Shown in pieces: positions 9,737 to 19,093 of a stretch of DNA of 64,000 bases. A program made the translations under genes and the position numbers. Position 1 is the first letter of the stretch, and the number at the start of each line of letters is the position of its first letter. Under the pieces are notes generated by a model. That model worked only from the letters and a program-made list of their open reading frames with translations. It made no database searches and had not been told where the DNA came from. The DNA comes from Shigella phage vB_SboM_Phaginator, in sequence record OL615012, one strand, 5' to 3'.

Positions 9737-10362
9737 TATAGTAACTCAAAGAACTCTTTGAGGCCTCTTATTACATGAGCATGGGTTTTTCCACACTCTG
9801 GACATTTAATTGGAACAGCCAAATAAACGGTAGGCTTTAAAAGCATATCTTTTATAGCTACAATATCTGACTCTGTGATGATAGAATATAAATCTTCTAG
9901 TTCCTTTTCATTTAAGTCTTCAACTGGAATGCTTTCCCCGTTAGCATGAATCGTTTCTATGCATGATACTATCATGTGGGCTATATTTTTATCATCAAAA
10001 ATTTTAGGGTATCGGAATTTAATTTTAATGTCACCCAGTGTATACCAGAGGTCTTCTGGTGCATCTATTTGTGTATGTAATAGATTTATATGGGTTGGTA
10101 TTTCAGTTCCACAGGTGCACTTCCAGGAGTTTTCGTGATTAACTTCACCGAGAGAATGTGCCCATAAATGAATCAACAATAGTTCTGATTCTTGGCGGTT
10201 TAAATCTTTTGCATTTGTGCAGTCTTTGATTATCTTTTTAACAATTACTTCTACGGAACCATTATTTTTGGCAGTAATAAGTTCTAGATATTCTTTAAGC
10301 GTGAATGCGCGACAATTGATTATTTTAGAACCAACTCGCACATCAAATTTGTATTCATACAT
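9736..10362 (-). CDS. 26: Baseplate hub protein gp26
   Basis: 208 aa; position and length as T4 gp26; TAATG overlap with gene 25. Confidence 0.9.
   Translation of the reverse strand: MYEYKFDVRVGSKIINCRAFTLKEYLELITAKNNGSVEVIVKKIIKDCTNAKDLNRQESELLLIHLWAHSLGEVNHENSWKCTCGTEIPTHINLLHTQIDAPEDLWYTLGDIKIKFRYPKIFDDKNIAHMIVSCIETIHANGESIPVEDLNEKELEDLYSIITESDIVAIKDMLLKPTVYLAVPIKCPECGKTHAHVIRGLKEFFELL
9737..9775 (-). promoter_or_regulatory. Split ribosome-binding site of gene 25 (SD, hairpin, AUG)
   Basis: mRNA reads AAGAGG-c-CTCAAAG-agtt-CTTTGAG-ttactata-AUG; a 7-bp hairpin lies between SD and start codon. Confidence 0.5.
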
Positions 10363-10383
10363 ATTTAGCTCCTTTATTTATCA

Positions 10384-10395
10384 TATTTATAAATA
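10384..10395. promoter_or_regulatory. Palindromic bidirectional late promoter between genes 26 and 51
   Basis: tatttataaata reads TATAAATA on both strands; each divergent gene has an AAGGAG SD downstream. Confidence 0.5.
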
Positions 10396-10412
10396 GAATA
10401 AAAGGAGCATCT

Positions 10413-11165
10413 ATGGCAAACATTATTCGTTGTAAATTACCAGATGGTGTTCATCGTTTTAAACCATTTACGGTAGAAGATTATCGAGATTTTTTGTTAG
10501 TTCGAAACGATATAGAACATCGGTCACCACAAGAACAAAAAGAAGTAATTGCTGATTTAATTGCTGATTATTTTGGAGACTATCCAAAGACTTGGCAACC
10601 ATTTATATTTTTGCAGGTATTTGTAGGGTCAATAGGTAAAACTAAAGTACCAGTCACATTTGTATGTCCAAAATGTAAAAAAGAAAAGACAGTTCCATTT
10701 GAAATATATCAAAAAGAATTAAAGGAACCTGTTTTTGATGTAGCTAATGTTAAAATTAAATTAAAGTTTCCTTCTGAGTTTTATGAAAATAAAGCAAAGA
10801 TGATTACTGAAAATATTCATTCCGTCCAAGTAGATGAAATTTGGTATGATTGGAAGGAAATTAGTGAATCAAGTCAAATAGAACTTGTTGATGCTATCGA
10901 GATAGAAACATTAGAAAAAATTCTCGATTCAATGAATCCTATTAATTTAACATTGCATATGTCATGCTGTAATAAGTATGTAAAAAAATACACTGATATA
11001 GTAGATGTGTTTAAGCTATTAGTTAACCCAGATGAAATATTTACTTTTTATCAAATCAATCACACGCTCGTAAAAAGTAATTATAGCTTAAATTCAATAA
11101 TGAAAATGATTCCTGCCGAGCGCGGATTCGTATTAAAACTGATTGAGAAGGATAAACATCAATGA
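10413..11165 (+). CDS. 51: Baseplate hub assembly protein gp51
   Basis: 250 aa, divergent from 26; late promoter and SD AAGGAG upstream. Confidence 0.9.
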   Translation: MANIIRCKLPDGVHRFKPFTVEDYRDFLLVRNDIEHRSPQEQKEVIADLIADYFGDYPKTWQPFIFLQVFVGSIGKTKVPVTFVCPKCKKEKTVPFEIYQKELKEPVFDVANVKIKLKFPSEFYENKAKMITENIHSVQVDEIWYDWKEISESSQIELVDAIEIETLEKILDSMNPINLTLHMSCCNKYVKKYTDIVDVFKLLVNPDEIFTFYQINHTLVKSNYSLNSIMKMIPAERGFVLKLIEKDKHQ

Positions 11166-12337
11166 GTATGTTACAACGCCCTGGATATCCAAATCTCAGC
11201 GTTAAATTATTTGATAGCTACGACGCTTGGAGTAATAATAGATTTGTTGAATTAGCTGCTACTATTACCACATTAACTATGCGGGATTCTCTTTATGGAC
11301 GAAATGAAGGAATGCTGCAGTTTTATGATTCTAAAAATATCCACACAAAAATGGATGGAAATGAAATAATTCAAATTTCTGTAGCTAATGCAAACGATAT
11401 TAATAATGTTAAAACACGAATTTATGGATGTAAGCATTTTTCCGTGTCAGTAGATTCAAAAGGCGATAACATTATTGCTATTGAATTGGGAACTATTCAT
11501 TCTATAGAAAATCTTAAATTTGGTAGACCATTTTTCCCTGATGCAGGTGAATCTATAAAAGAAATGCTTGGTGTCATTTATCAGGACCGCACATTATTAA
11601 CTCCAGCAATAAATGCTATAAATGCTTATGTTCCTGATATTCCATGGACTAGCACATTTGAAAACTATTTGTCATATGTCAGAGAAGTTGCTCTAGCTGT
11701 AGGAAGTGACAAATTTGTATTTGTGTGGCAAGACATCATGGGAGTTAACATGATGGACTATGATATGATGATAAATCAAGAACCATATCCAATGATTGTC
11801 GGTGAGCCATCTTTAATAGGTCAATTCATTCAAGAATTAAAATATCCATTAGCATATGATTTTGTTTGGTTGACTAAATCGAATCCTCACAAACGTGACC
11901 CAATGAAAAATGCTACTATCTATGCGCATTCATTTTTAGATTCTTCATTACCGATGATTACTACAGGAAAGGGTGAAAACTCTATTGTAGTGTCAAGGTC
12001 AGGTGCTTATTCTGAAATGACTTATAGGAATGGATATGAAGAAGCTATTCGTCTTCAAACTATGGCGCAATATGACGGATATGCTAAATGTTCTACTGTC
12101 GGTAATTTTAACTTGACTCCTGGTGTTAAAATTATTTTTAATGATAGTAAAAACCAATTTAAAACAGAATTTTACGTTGATGAAGTTATCCATGAATTAT
12201 CCAATAATAACTCAGTAACACATCTATATATGTTCACTAATGCAACGAAACTGGAAACAATAGACCCAGTTAAGGTTAAAAATGAATTTAAATCTGATAC
12301 TACCACTGAAGAAAGTAGTTCTTCCAATAAGCAATAA
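11162..12337 (+). CDS. 27: Baseplate hub protein gp27
   Basis: 391 aa, [23 protein letters not shown]…; matches T4 gp27. Confidence 0.95.
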   Translation: MSMLQRPGYPNLSVKLFDSYDAWSNNRFVELAATITTLTMRDSLYGRNEGMLQFYDSKNIHTKMDGNEIIQISVANANDINNVKTRIYGCKHFSVSVDSKGDNIIAIELGTIHSIENLKFGRPFFPDAGESIKEMLGVIYQDRTLLTPAINAINAYVPDIPWTSTFENYLSYVREVALAVGSDKFVFVWQDIMGVNMMDYDMMINQEPYPMIVGEPSLIGQFIQELKYPLAYDFVWLTKSNPHKRDPMKNATIYAHSFLDSSLPMITTGKGENSIVVSRSGAYSEMTYRNGYEEAIRLQTMAQYDGYAKCSTVGNFNLTPGVKIIFNDSKNQFKTEFYVDEVIHELSNNNSVTHLYMFTNATKLETIDPVKVKNEFKSDTTTEESSSSNKQ

Positions 12338-12815
12338 AGAAGTTTCTATTCCTAAAATGGGTCTTAAACATTATAATATTTTAAAAGATGTTAAAGGTCC
12401 TGATGAAAATTTAAAACTTCTTATTGATTCTATTTGTCCGAATTTATCACCGGCAGAAGTTGATTTCGTTTCTATTCATTTATTGGAATTTAATGGAAAG
12501 ATTAAATCTCGTAAAGAAATAGATGGCTATACTTATGACATAAATGATGTTTATGTATGCCAAAGATTAGAGTTTCAATACCAAGGAAATACATTTTATT
12601 TTAGACCTCCTGGAAAATTTGAACAATTTTTAACTGTAAGCGATATGTTATCCAAATGCTTGCTTAAGGTCAATGATGAAGTTAAAGAAATTAATTTTCT
12701 TGAGATGCCAGCATTCGTTTTAAAATGGGCAAATGATATTTTTACAACTTTAGCAATTCCTGGCCCTAATGGTCCAATAACCGGAATTGGCAATATTATT
12801 GGATTATTTGAATGA
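12282..12815 (+). CDS. 28: Baseplate hub distal subunit gp28
   Basis: 177 aa; overlaps the end of 27 as in T4. Confidence 0.9.
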   Translation: MNLNLILPLKKVVLPISNKEVSIPKMGLKHYNILKDVKGPDENLKLLIDSICPNLSPAEVDFVSIHLLEFNGKIKSRKEIDGYTYDINDVYVCQRLEFQYQGNTFYFRPPGKFEQFLTVSDMLSKCLLKVNDEVKEINFLEMPAFVLKWANDIFTTLAIPGPNGPITGIGNIIGLFE

Positions 12816-14584
12816 AAAAGCCACAAGAAATGCAAACGATGCGTAGAAAAGTTATTTCAGATAATAAACCAACACAGGAAGCGGCTAAATCCGCTTCTAA
12901 CACTTTATCTGGACTTAACGATATATCTACGAAATTGGATGATGCTCAAGCTGCCTCTGAATTAATAGCTCAAACTGTCGAAGAAAAATCGAATGAAATA
13001 GTTGGAGCAATTGACAACGTAGAAAGCGCAGTGAGTGATACTACCGCAGGTTCTGAGTTAATTGCTGAAACTGTTGAAATTGGCAACAATATTAATAAAG
13101 AAATCGGTGAATCACTCGGAAGCAAATTAGATAAATTAACGAGTTTATTAGAACAAAAAATTCAGACAGCTGGAATTCAACAAACAGGAACCAGTTTAGC
13201 TACGGTTGAAAGTGCTATTCCTGTTAAAGTTGTTGAGGATGATACAGCTGAATCTGTGGGTCCTTTATTACCGGCTCCTGAAGCAGTTAATAATGATCCT
13301 GATGCTGATTTTTTCCCTACCCCTCAGCCAGTTGAACCCAAACAAGAATCACCAGAAGAAAAACAGAAAAAAGACGCATTTAACTTAAAATTATCTCAAG
13401 CTTTAGATAAATTAACAAAGACAGTTGATTTTGGATTTAAGAAATCCATTTCAATTACTGATAAAATATCAAGCATGCTATTTAAGTATACTGTCAGTGC
13501 TGCTATTGAAGCTGCTAAAATGACTGCAATGATATTGGCTGTTGTTGTTGGAATAGACCTGTTGATGGTTCATTTTAAATACTGGTCAGATAAATTTTCA
13601 AAAGCCTGGGATTTATTTAATACTGACTTTACTAAATTCTCTAGCGAAACCGGAACATGGGGTCCTTTATTACAGAGCATCTTTGATTCTATTGATAAAA
13701 TTAAACAACTTTGGGAAGCGGGAGATTGGGGTGGATTGACAGCAGCTATTGTTGAAGGACTCGGAAGTGTTCTTTTTAATTTAGGTGAACTTATTCAATT
13801 AGGTATGGCTAAATTATCTGCAGCAATTCTTCGAGTCATTCCTGGTATGAAGGATACTGCTGATGAAGTAGAAGGAAGAGCATTAGAAAATTTCCAAAAT
13901 TCTACTGGAGCATCTCTCAATAAAGAAGACCAGGAAAAAGTTGCAAATTATCAAGATAAACGAATGAATGGAGACCTTGGTCCGATAGCAAAAGGATTAG
14001 ATAAAATTGCTAATTGGAAAACTCGTGCATCTAATTGGATTCGTGGGGTTGATAATAAAGAAGCACTAACTACCGACGAAGAACGCGCAGCAGAAGAAGA
14101 AAAATTAAAGCAACTTTCACCTGAAGAAAGAAAAAATGCTTTAATGAAGGCTAATGAAGCCCGTGCCGCAATGATTCGCTTTGAAAAATATGCTGATTCA
14201 GCTGATATGAGTAAAGACTCAACGGTTAAATCAGTTGAAGCTGCCTATGAAGACCTTAAAAAACGGATGGATGACCCGGATTTAAATAATTCACCGGCAG
14301 TTAAAAAAGAACTTGCTGCTAGATTTTCTAAAATTGATGCTACTTATCAAGAGCTCAAGAAAAATCAGCCTAATGCCAAACCTGAAACTTCTGCTAAATC
14401 GCCAGAAGCAAAACAAGTCCAGGTAATAGAAAAGAACAAAGCACAGCAAGCTCCTGTTCAACAAGCATCTCCTTCAATCAATAATACTAATAATGTTATT
14501 AAGAAAAATACTGTCGTTCATAATATGACACCTGTCACAAGCACAACTGCTCCTGGTGTATTTGATGCGACTGGAGTTAATTAA
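12812..14584 (+). CDS. 29: Baseplate hub / tail length determinator gp29
   Basis: 590 aa with a hydrophobic central segment; length and position as T4 gp29. Confidence 0.9.
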   Translation: MKKPQEMQTMRRKVISDNKPTQEAAKSASNTLSGLNDISTKLDDAQAASELIAQTVEEKSNEIVGAIDNVESAVSDTTAGSELIAETVEIGNNINKEIGESLGSKLDKLTSLLEQKIQTAGIQQTGTSLATVESAIPVKVVEDDTAESVGPLLPAPEAVNNDPDADFFPTPQPVEPKQESPEEKQKKDAFNLKLSQALDKLTKTVDFGFKKSISITDKISSMLFKYTVSAAIEAAKMTAMILAVVVGIDLLMVHFKYWSDKFSKAWDLFNTDFTKFSSETGTWGPLLQSIFDSIDKIKQLWEAGDWGGLTAAIVEGLGSVLFNLGELIQLGMAKLSAAILRVIPGMKDTADEVEGRALENFQNSTGASLNKEDQEKVANYQDKRMNGDLGPIAKGLDKIANWKTRASNWIRGVDNKEALTTDEERAAEEEKLKQLSPEERKNALMKANEARAAMIRFEKYADSADMSKDSTVKSVEAAYEDLKKRMDDPDLNNSPAVKKELAARFSKIDATYQELKKNQPNAKPETSAKSPEAKQVQVIEKNKAQQAPVQQASPSINNTNNVIKKNTVVHNMTPVTSTTAPGVFDATGVN

Positions 14585-14592
14585 GGAATAAT

Positions 14593-15687
14593 ATGGCAAT
14601 TGTTAAAGAAATAACTACTGATTTAATTAAAAAGTCCGGTGAGAAAATTTCAGCTGGACAGAGCACTAAATCAGAAGTAGTAACTAAAACATACACTGCC
14701 CAGTTTCCAACTGGGCGTGCTAGTGGTAATGACACTACAGGGGACTTCCAGGTAACAGATCTATATAAGAATGGATTATTATTTACTGCATACAATATGT
14801 CATCTAGGGATTCTGGAAGTCTTAGATCGATGAGATCTAACTACTCTTCTTCATCTTCGAGTATTTTACGTACAGCCAGAAACACTATTAGTAGTACAGT
14901 ATCAAAACTATCAAATGGATTAATATCAAATAATAATTCAGGAACAATAAGTAAAGCTCCTGTCGCAAACATTCTTTTACCGAGATCTAAATCTGATGTT
15001 GACACATCATCGCATAGATTTAACGATGTTCAAGAAAGCCTTATCAGTAGAGGCGGAGGTACTGCTACTGGTGTGCTAAGTAATATTGCTTCAACTGCAG
15101 TATTTGGTGCACTGGAAAGTATAACACAAGGTATAATGGCTGATAATAATGAACAGATTTATACGACAGCCAGAAGTATGTACGGCGGTGCTGAAAATAG
15201 AACTAAAGTGTTTACATGGGATTTGACTCCACGTTCAACAGAAGATTTAATGGCTATTATTAATATCTATCAGTATTTTAACTATTTTTCTTATGGTGAA
15301 ACAGGTAAATCTCAATATGCTGCTGAAATAAAGGGGTATTTAGATGATTGGTATCGTTCTACATTAATTGAACCTTTATCTCCGGAAGACGCAGCTAAAA
15401 ATAAAACACTATTTGAGAAAATGACAGCAAGTTTAACGAACGTTCTTGTAGTTTCAAACCCGACAATTTGGATGGTGAAAAACTTTGGTGCAACATCTAA
15501 GTTTGATGGAAAAACGGAAATATTTGGTCCATGCCAAATACAAAGCATTAGATTTGATAAAACACCTAATGGTAACTTTAACGGATTAGCTATTGCTCCA
15601 AACCTCCCTAGTACATTTACTCTCGAGATTACTATGAGAGAAATTATCACGTTAAACCGTGCTTCTTTATATGCGGGGACTTTTTAA
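14593..15687 (+). CDS. 48: Baseplate tail-tube junction protein gp48
   Basis: 364 aa; synteny and length as T4 gp48. Confidence 0.9.
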   Translation: MAIVKEITTDLIKKSGEKISAGQSTKSEVVTKTYTAQFPTGRASGNDTTGDFQVTDLYKNGLLFTAYNMSSRDSGSLRSMRSNYSSSSSSILRTARNTISSTVSKLSNGLISNNNSGTISKAPVANILLPRSKSDVDTSSHRFNDVQESLISRGGGTATGVLSNIASTAVFGALESITQGIMADNNEQIYTTARSMYGGAENRTKVFTWDLTPRSTEDLMAIINIYQYFNYFSYGETGKSQYAAEIKGYLDDWYRSTLIEPLSPEDAAKNKTLFEKMTASLTNVLVVSNPTIWMVKNFGATSKFDGKTEIFGPCQIQSIRFDKTPNGNFNGLAIAPNLPSTFTLEITMREIITLNRASLYAGTF

Positions 15688-16652
15688 TGTATTCTTTAGA
15701 GGAATTTAATAATCAAGCAATAAACGCAGATTTCCAACGTAATAATATGTTTAGCTGCGTTTTCGCAACAACTCCATCAACTAAAAGCTCTTCGTTGATA
15801 AGTTCAATTAGCAACTTTTCTTATAATAACTTGGGTCTAAATTCAGATTGGTTAGGATTAACTCAAGGTGATATTAATCAGGGAATTACTACGCTAATTA
15901 CAGCTGGCACACAAAAACTGATAAGAAAATCAGGGGTTAGTAAATATCTTATTGGTGCCATGAGTCAACGTACAGTTCAAAGTTTATTAGGCTCATTTAC
16001 AGTTGGTACATATTTAATTGACTTCTTTAACATGGCATATAACTCATCTGGATTGATGATATATTCTGTAAAAATGCCAGAGAATAGATTATCCTATGAA
16101 ACTGACTGGAACTATAATTCTCCTAATATTCGTATAACCGGAAGAGAATTAGACCCTTTGGTTATTTCATTTAGAATGGATTCAGAAGCTTGTAACTATC
16201 GTGCAATGCAAGACTGGGTTAACTCTGTTCAAGACCCAGTAACTGGATTACGTGCTTTGCCACAAGATGTCGAGGCAGATATTCAGGTTAATCTTCATGC
16301 TCGTAATGGATTACCTCATACTGCGGTGATGTTCACCGGATGCATTCCAATATCAGTGAGCGCTCCTGAGTTATCATATGATGGAGATAACCAAATAACT
16401 ACATTTGATGTTACTTTTGCGTATAGAGTCATGCAGGCTGGGTCGGTTGATAGACAAGCTGCGCTTGAGTGGCTTGAATCTGCTGCTATAAATGGCATTC
16501 AAAGTGTTCTCGGAAATAGTGGAGGTGTTACTGGATTATCTAATTCGCTTTCACGACTTAGTAGATTAGGAGGAACTGCTGGAAGCATTTCAAACATTAA
16601 TACTATGACGGGAATTGTCAACTCGCAAAGTAAAATATTAGGAGCAATATAA
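15687..16652 (+). CDS. 54: Baseplate tail-tube initiator gp54
   Basis: 321 aa; TAATG overlap with 48; hairpin terminator follows. Confidence 0.9.
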   Translation: MYSLEEFNNQAINADFQRNNMFSCVFATTPSTKSSSLISSISNFSYNNLGLNSDWLGLTQGDINQGITTLITAGTQKLIRKSGVSKYLIGAMSQRTVQSLLGSFTVGTYLIDFFNMAYNSSGLMIYSVKMPENRLSYETDWNYNSPNIRITGRELDPLVISFRMDSEACNYRAMQDWVNSVQDPVTGLRALPQDVEADIQVNLHARNGLPHTAVMFTGCIPISVSAPELSYDGDNQITTFDVTFAYRVMQAGSVDRQAALEWLESAAINGIQSVLGNSGGVTGLSNSLSRLSRLGGTAGSISNINTMTGIVNSQSKILGAI

Positions 16653-16656
16653 CAAT

Positions 16657-16688
16657 GGGGACCGAAAGGTCCCCATATTTTTTATTTA
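16657..16688. terminator. Intrinsic terminator after gene 54
   Basis: Hairpin ggggacc-gaaa-ggtcccc followed by atattttttattt. Confidence 0.6.
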
Positions 16689-16972
16689 CGGAATGAAATA
16701 AAAGCAGCAACTGAAGCAACTAAACTGTCTTCAATATAAACTTCAATTTTTACCGGAGCTTCTGATTCAAATTTACCTGTTACTACACCCTGAAAAATAC
16801 TTTCAGTCTGTTCTGGCTTTGAAAAATTTTCAGAAGGAAAAATTCCGAACTTTTTATCTGTTCCAAAAATTTTGATAAATTCATCGTAAACTGCTTCATT
16901 AAAAGCATTATCAGCAGGAATAACGCCTTCAACTACAAGTTCTTGACCTAAAAAGCGCAAAGAAGATTTCAT
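16682..16972 (-). CDS. Hypothetical protein (alt.-3-like position)
   Basis: 96-aa ORF with its own early-type promoter and SD GAGGA. Confidence 0.6.
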   Translation of the reverse strand: MKSSLRFLGQELVVEGVIPADNAFNEAVYDEFIKIFGTDKKFGIFPSENFSKPEQTESIFQGVVTGKFESEAPVKIEVYIEDSLVASVAAFISFRK

Positions 16973-17003
16973 TTTGTGTTCCTCATGTTATGTCAGTAAG
17001 ATT

Positions 17004-17033
17004 ACTATAACACAACACGAGGGACTTGTAAAC
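17004..17033 (-). promoter_or_regulatory. Early (sigma-70-type) promoter upstream of the 96-aa ORF
   Basis: Minus strand reads GTTTAC, 18-nt spacer, TATAGT; near-identical to the element upstream of alc. Confidence 0.5.
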
Positions 17034-19090
17034 TACATTTTGAACTTTTTAGACATTCCGTTAATGTTAACCAAAGAAGCTAAGATTTGAGAAACTTCGT
17101 TTTCCTCTTCTTTTGATTCTTCTACAAGGAATTGATTAAATCCAGTCATTGGACGAACTTCACCAGTTTCCATCAAATGGTCGCCATCATATACTGATTC
17201 CTCTAATTGTTCAGAAGGAGGAACGATTGTACCTTCGATTAGATACTTGTTATAAGCAGTTTCTTTCATAAAGTACGTACTTACTTTATTAATCTTCAGT
17301 AAAATTCCACGTGGTAGAATAACTTCAGCTTCTGATGGAAATCCTGATAAATGACCTGGAACGATAACTTTGATTCGCTCAGCTCCTTTAATTACCATAC
17401 CCACGCTAGTTTCAGCATCTTCATTAGCATATGTAGAATGACTACCCATATGCATCAAATCTTCTGCATCAACGGAACCTTCTCCTTCACCAGAAAATAC
17501 TGCGCCGGAATCATCTAGAGCCATATAGTTTTTACCATGCTCACCGAAGATATTTGGTTTAAGCGATGTGGATACGAAGTTCTTGAAATAGAACATTTTG
17601 TTTTCAATGTTATGACGCAAAGTTTTAAAGGTAACTTCTTGACCACGGTAAAGTGTAGTTCCTGGAGGAAGAACTGAACCTTTAGCGAATGCAGAATCAA
17701 GCGTCTCAATATGTTTAATAGCTCGTTCCATATATTCTTCACGGGTAGAATCTGGTTTACCCAAAAGGAACGAGTTCATTTCAACATATGAATCTGCGCA
17801 ATAATCTTCAATTACATCAGATTCAGCTTGAGTTAATCCTTTTGGAGTTACTTCGGTGCTCGCGTATTCATATGCCTGAGCGGCAGATTCATTAATCAAT
17901 TTATAAATGCCATTCATGACAAATTGAATAATAGCTGTCTTTTCATCTGGTGTAGCTTTAGAACCTTTAACTAAATCATTGATAATTTTCTTAATAACAT
18001 CAAAGCTATTAGAAATATTAATGTCAGCAAGATCGCTTAAAATTTTATCAGTTTTATAATCAAAGAATTCTTTATTCTTTAAATATTCTTGAGAACCTTG
18101 ATATGTTATATCGCTCTGCAACTTGATAGATGGATCACGTAAACGCGCATGGGCTAATGCAATATGATTTCGGAAACTTTCTAGTTCATAATCATTAGAT
18201 TTAAAACGAGAAGCACTTCTCATACCACCGATAGCTCCTTTGCTGAAGTTTGAACCAATCTGAATAACGCCAGAGTTCATTGGTCCTTCTGCTTTATATA
18301 CCGGAACTTTAGATTCAAACTCTTGATATTTCTTAGCAGCGAAGCTATCACCCTGAAGTGAAGCATCAACAGTAGAATATTGAGCTTGTGCTGCTAATCG
18401 ACGACTAATTTTAGTTTTCTGAATAACAGCTTGATCAGTGCGCTTATCATTTTCTAAAGCAATAGAAGCAGCAACAGCAACAGCTTTAGGAACAGCATTT
18501 CCTGTTTTAACGTCTACATAAACATCACCAACCTTTGATTCAACTTTTGTGAATAACTCAGTTGAAATAGGAGGTATACCTGGAATGTCTTCTAAATTGG
18601 CATTTTTACGGTAAACCATAATATATGCATATTTCTTATCATAGTCCCAGATTTCCTTTAAAAGAACATACCGACCTGCTCCTTTAGTACGTACTAAACG
18701 GTCAGCAATAACTTGCATTTGACGGGCTGCGCCATTTGTTTTACTTTTTAGTACGCGGAATAGGCATGCATCAATTTTATACTGTTTCATTGTTTGAAGA
18801 GCAGTATCAAAAACAGCATTAATGACGCCAATTGGATTTCCACCCAAGTTTTTAAGCTTGACTAACGATAATTTCTCGTTGACACCTATCATTACGATAT
18901 GCATCATTTTGTCGCCCGGCTTAACGTTTTTATTCGTATCGCCGCCAGAGGTGTATGTACAAAATCTAAATCCAGGAAGCACGCTTTCTTCGCCGACTTG
19001 GATAGCAAAAATTTGTGGTATTTTATGCTTAGGATTTAAGTTAACAACCGGCGCCGAAGCGCCGTCAAATAATTCTGTAATAAGTTCCAT
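17033..19090 (-). CDS. Alt-like ADP-ribosyltransferase, paralog 2
   Basis: 685 aa; N-terminal ~235 aa nearly identical to the adjacent Alt; C-terminus retains the R, STS and ExE ART motifs (TLYRGQ, FVSTSL, SEAEVILPRG). Confidence 0.85.
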   Translation of the reverse strand: MELITELFDGASAPVVNLNPKHKIPQIFAIQVGEESVLPGFRFCTYTSGGDTNKNVKPGDKMMHIVMIGVNEKLSLVKLKNLGGNPIGVINAVFDTALQTMKQYKIDACLFRVLKSKTNGAARQMQVIADRLVRTKGAGRYVLLKEIWDYDKKYAYIMVYRKNANLEDIPGIPPISTELFTKVESKVGDVYVDVKTGNAVPKAVAVAASIALENDKRTDQAVIQKTKISRRLAAQAQYSTVDASLQGDSFAAKKYQEFESKVPVYKAEGPMNSGVIQIGSNFSKGAIGGMRSASRFKSNDYELESFRNHIALAHARLRDPSIKLQSDITYQGSQEYLKNKEFFDYKTDKILSDLADINISNSFDVIKKIINDLVKGSKATPDEKTAIIQFVMNGIYKLINESAAQAYEYASTEVTPKGLTQAESDVIEDYCADSYVEMNSFLLGKPDSTREEYMERAIKHIETLDSAFAKGSVLPPGTTLYRGQEVTFKTLRHNIENKMFYFKNFVSTSLKPNIFGEHGKNYMALDDSGAVFSGEGEGSVDAEDLMHMGSHSTYANEDAETSVGMVIKGAERIKVIVPGHLSGFPSEAEVILPRGILLKINKVSTYFMKETAYNKYLIEGTIVPPSEQLEESVYDGDHLMETGEVRPMTGFNQFLVEESKEEENEVSQILASLVNINGMSKKFKM

Positions 19091-19093
19091 GAT

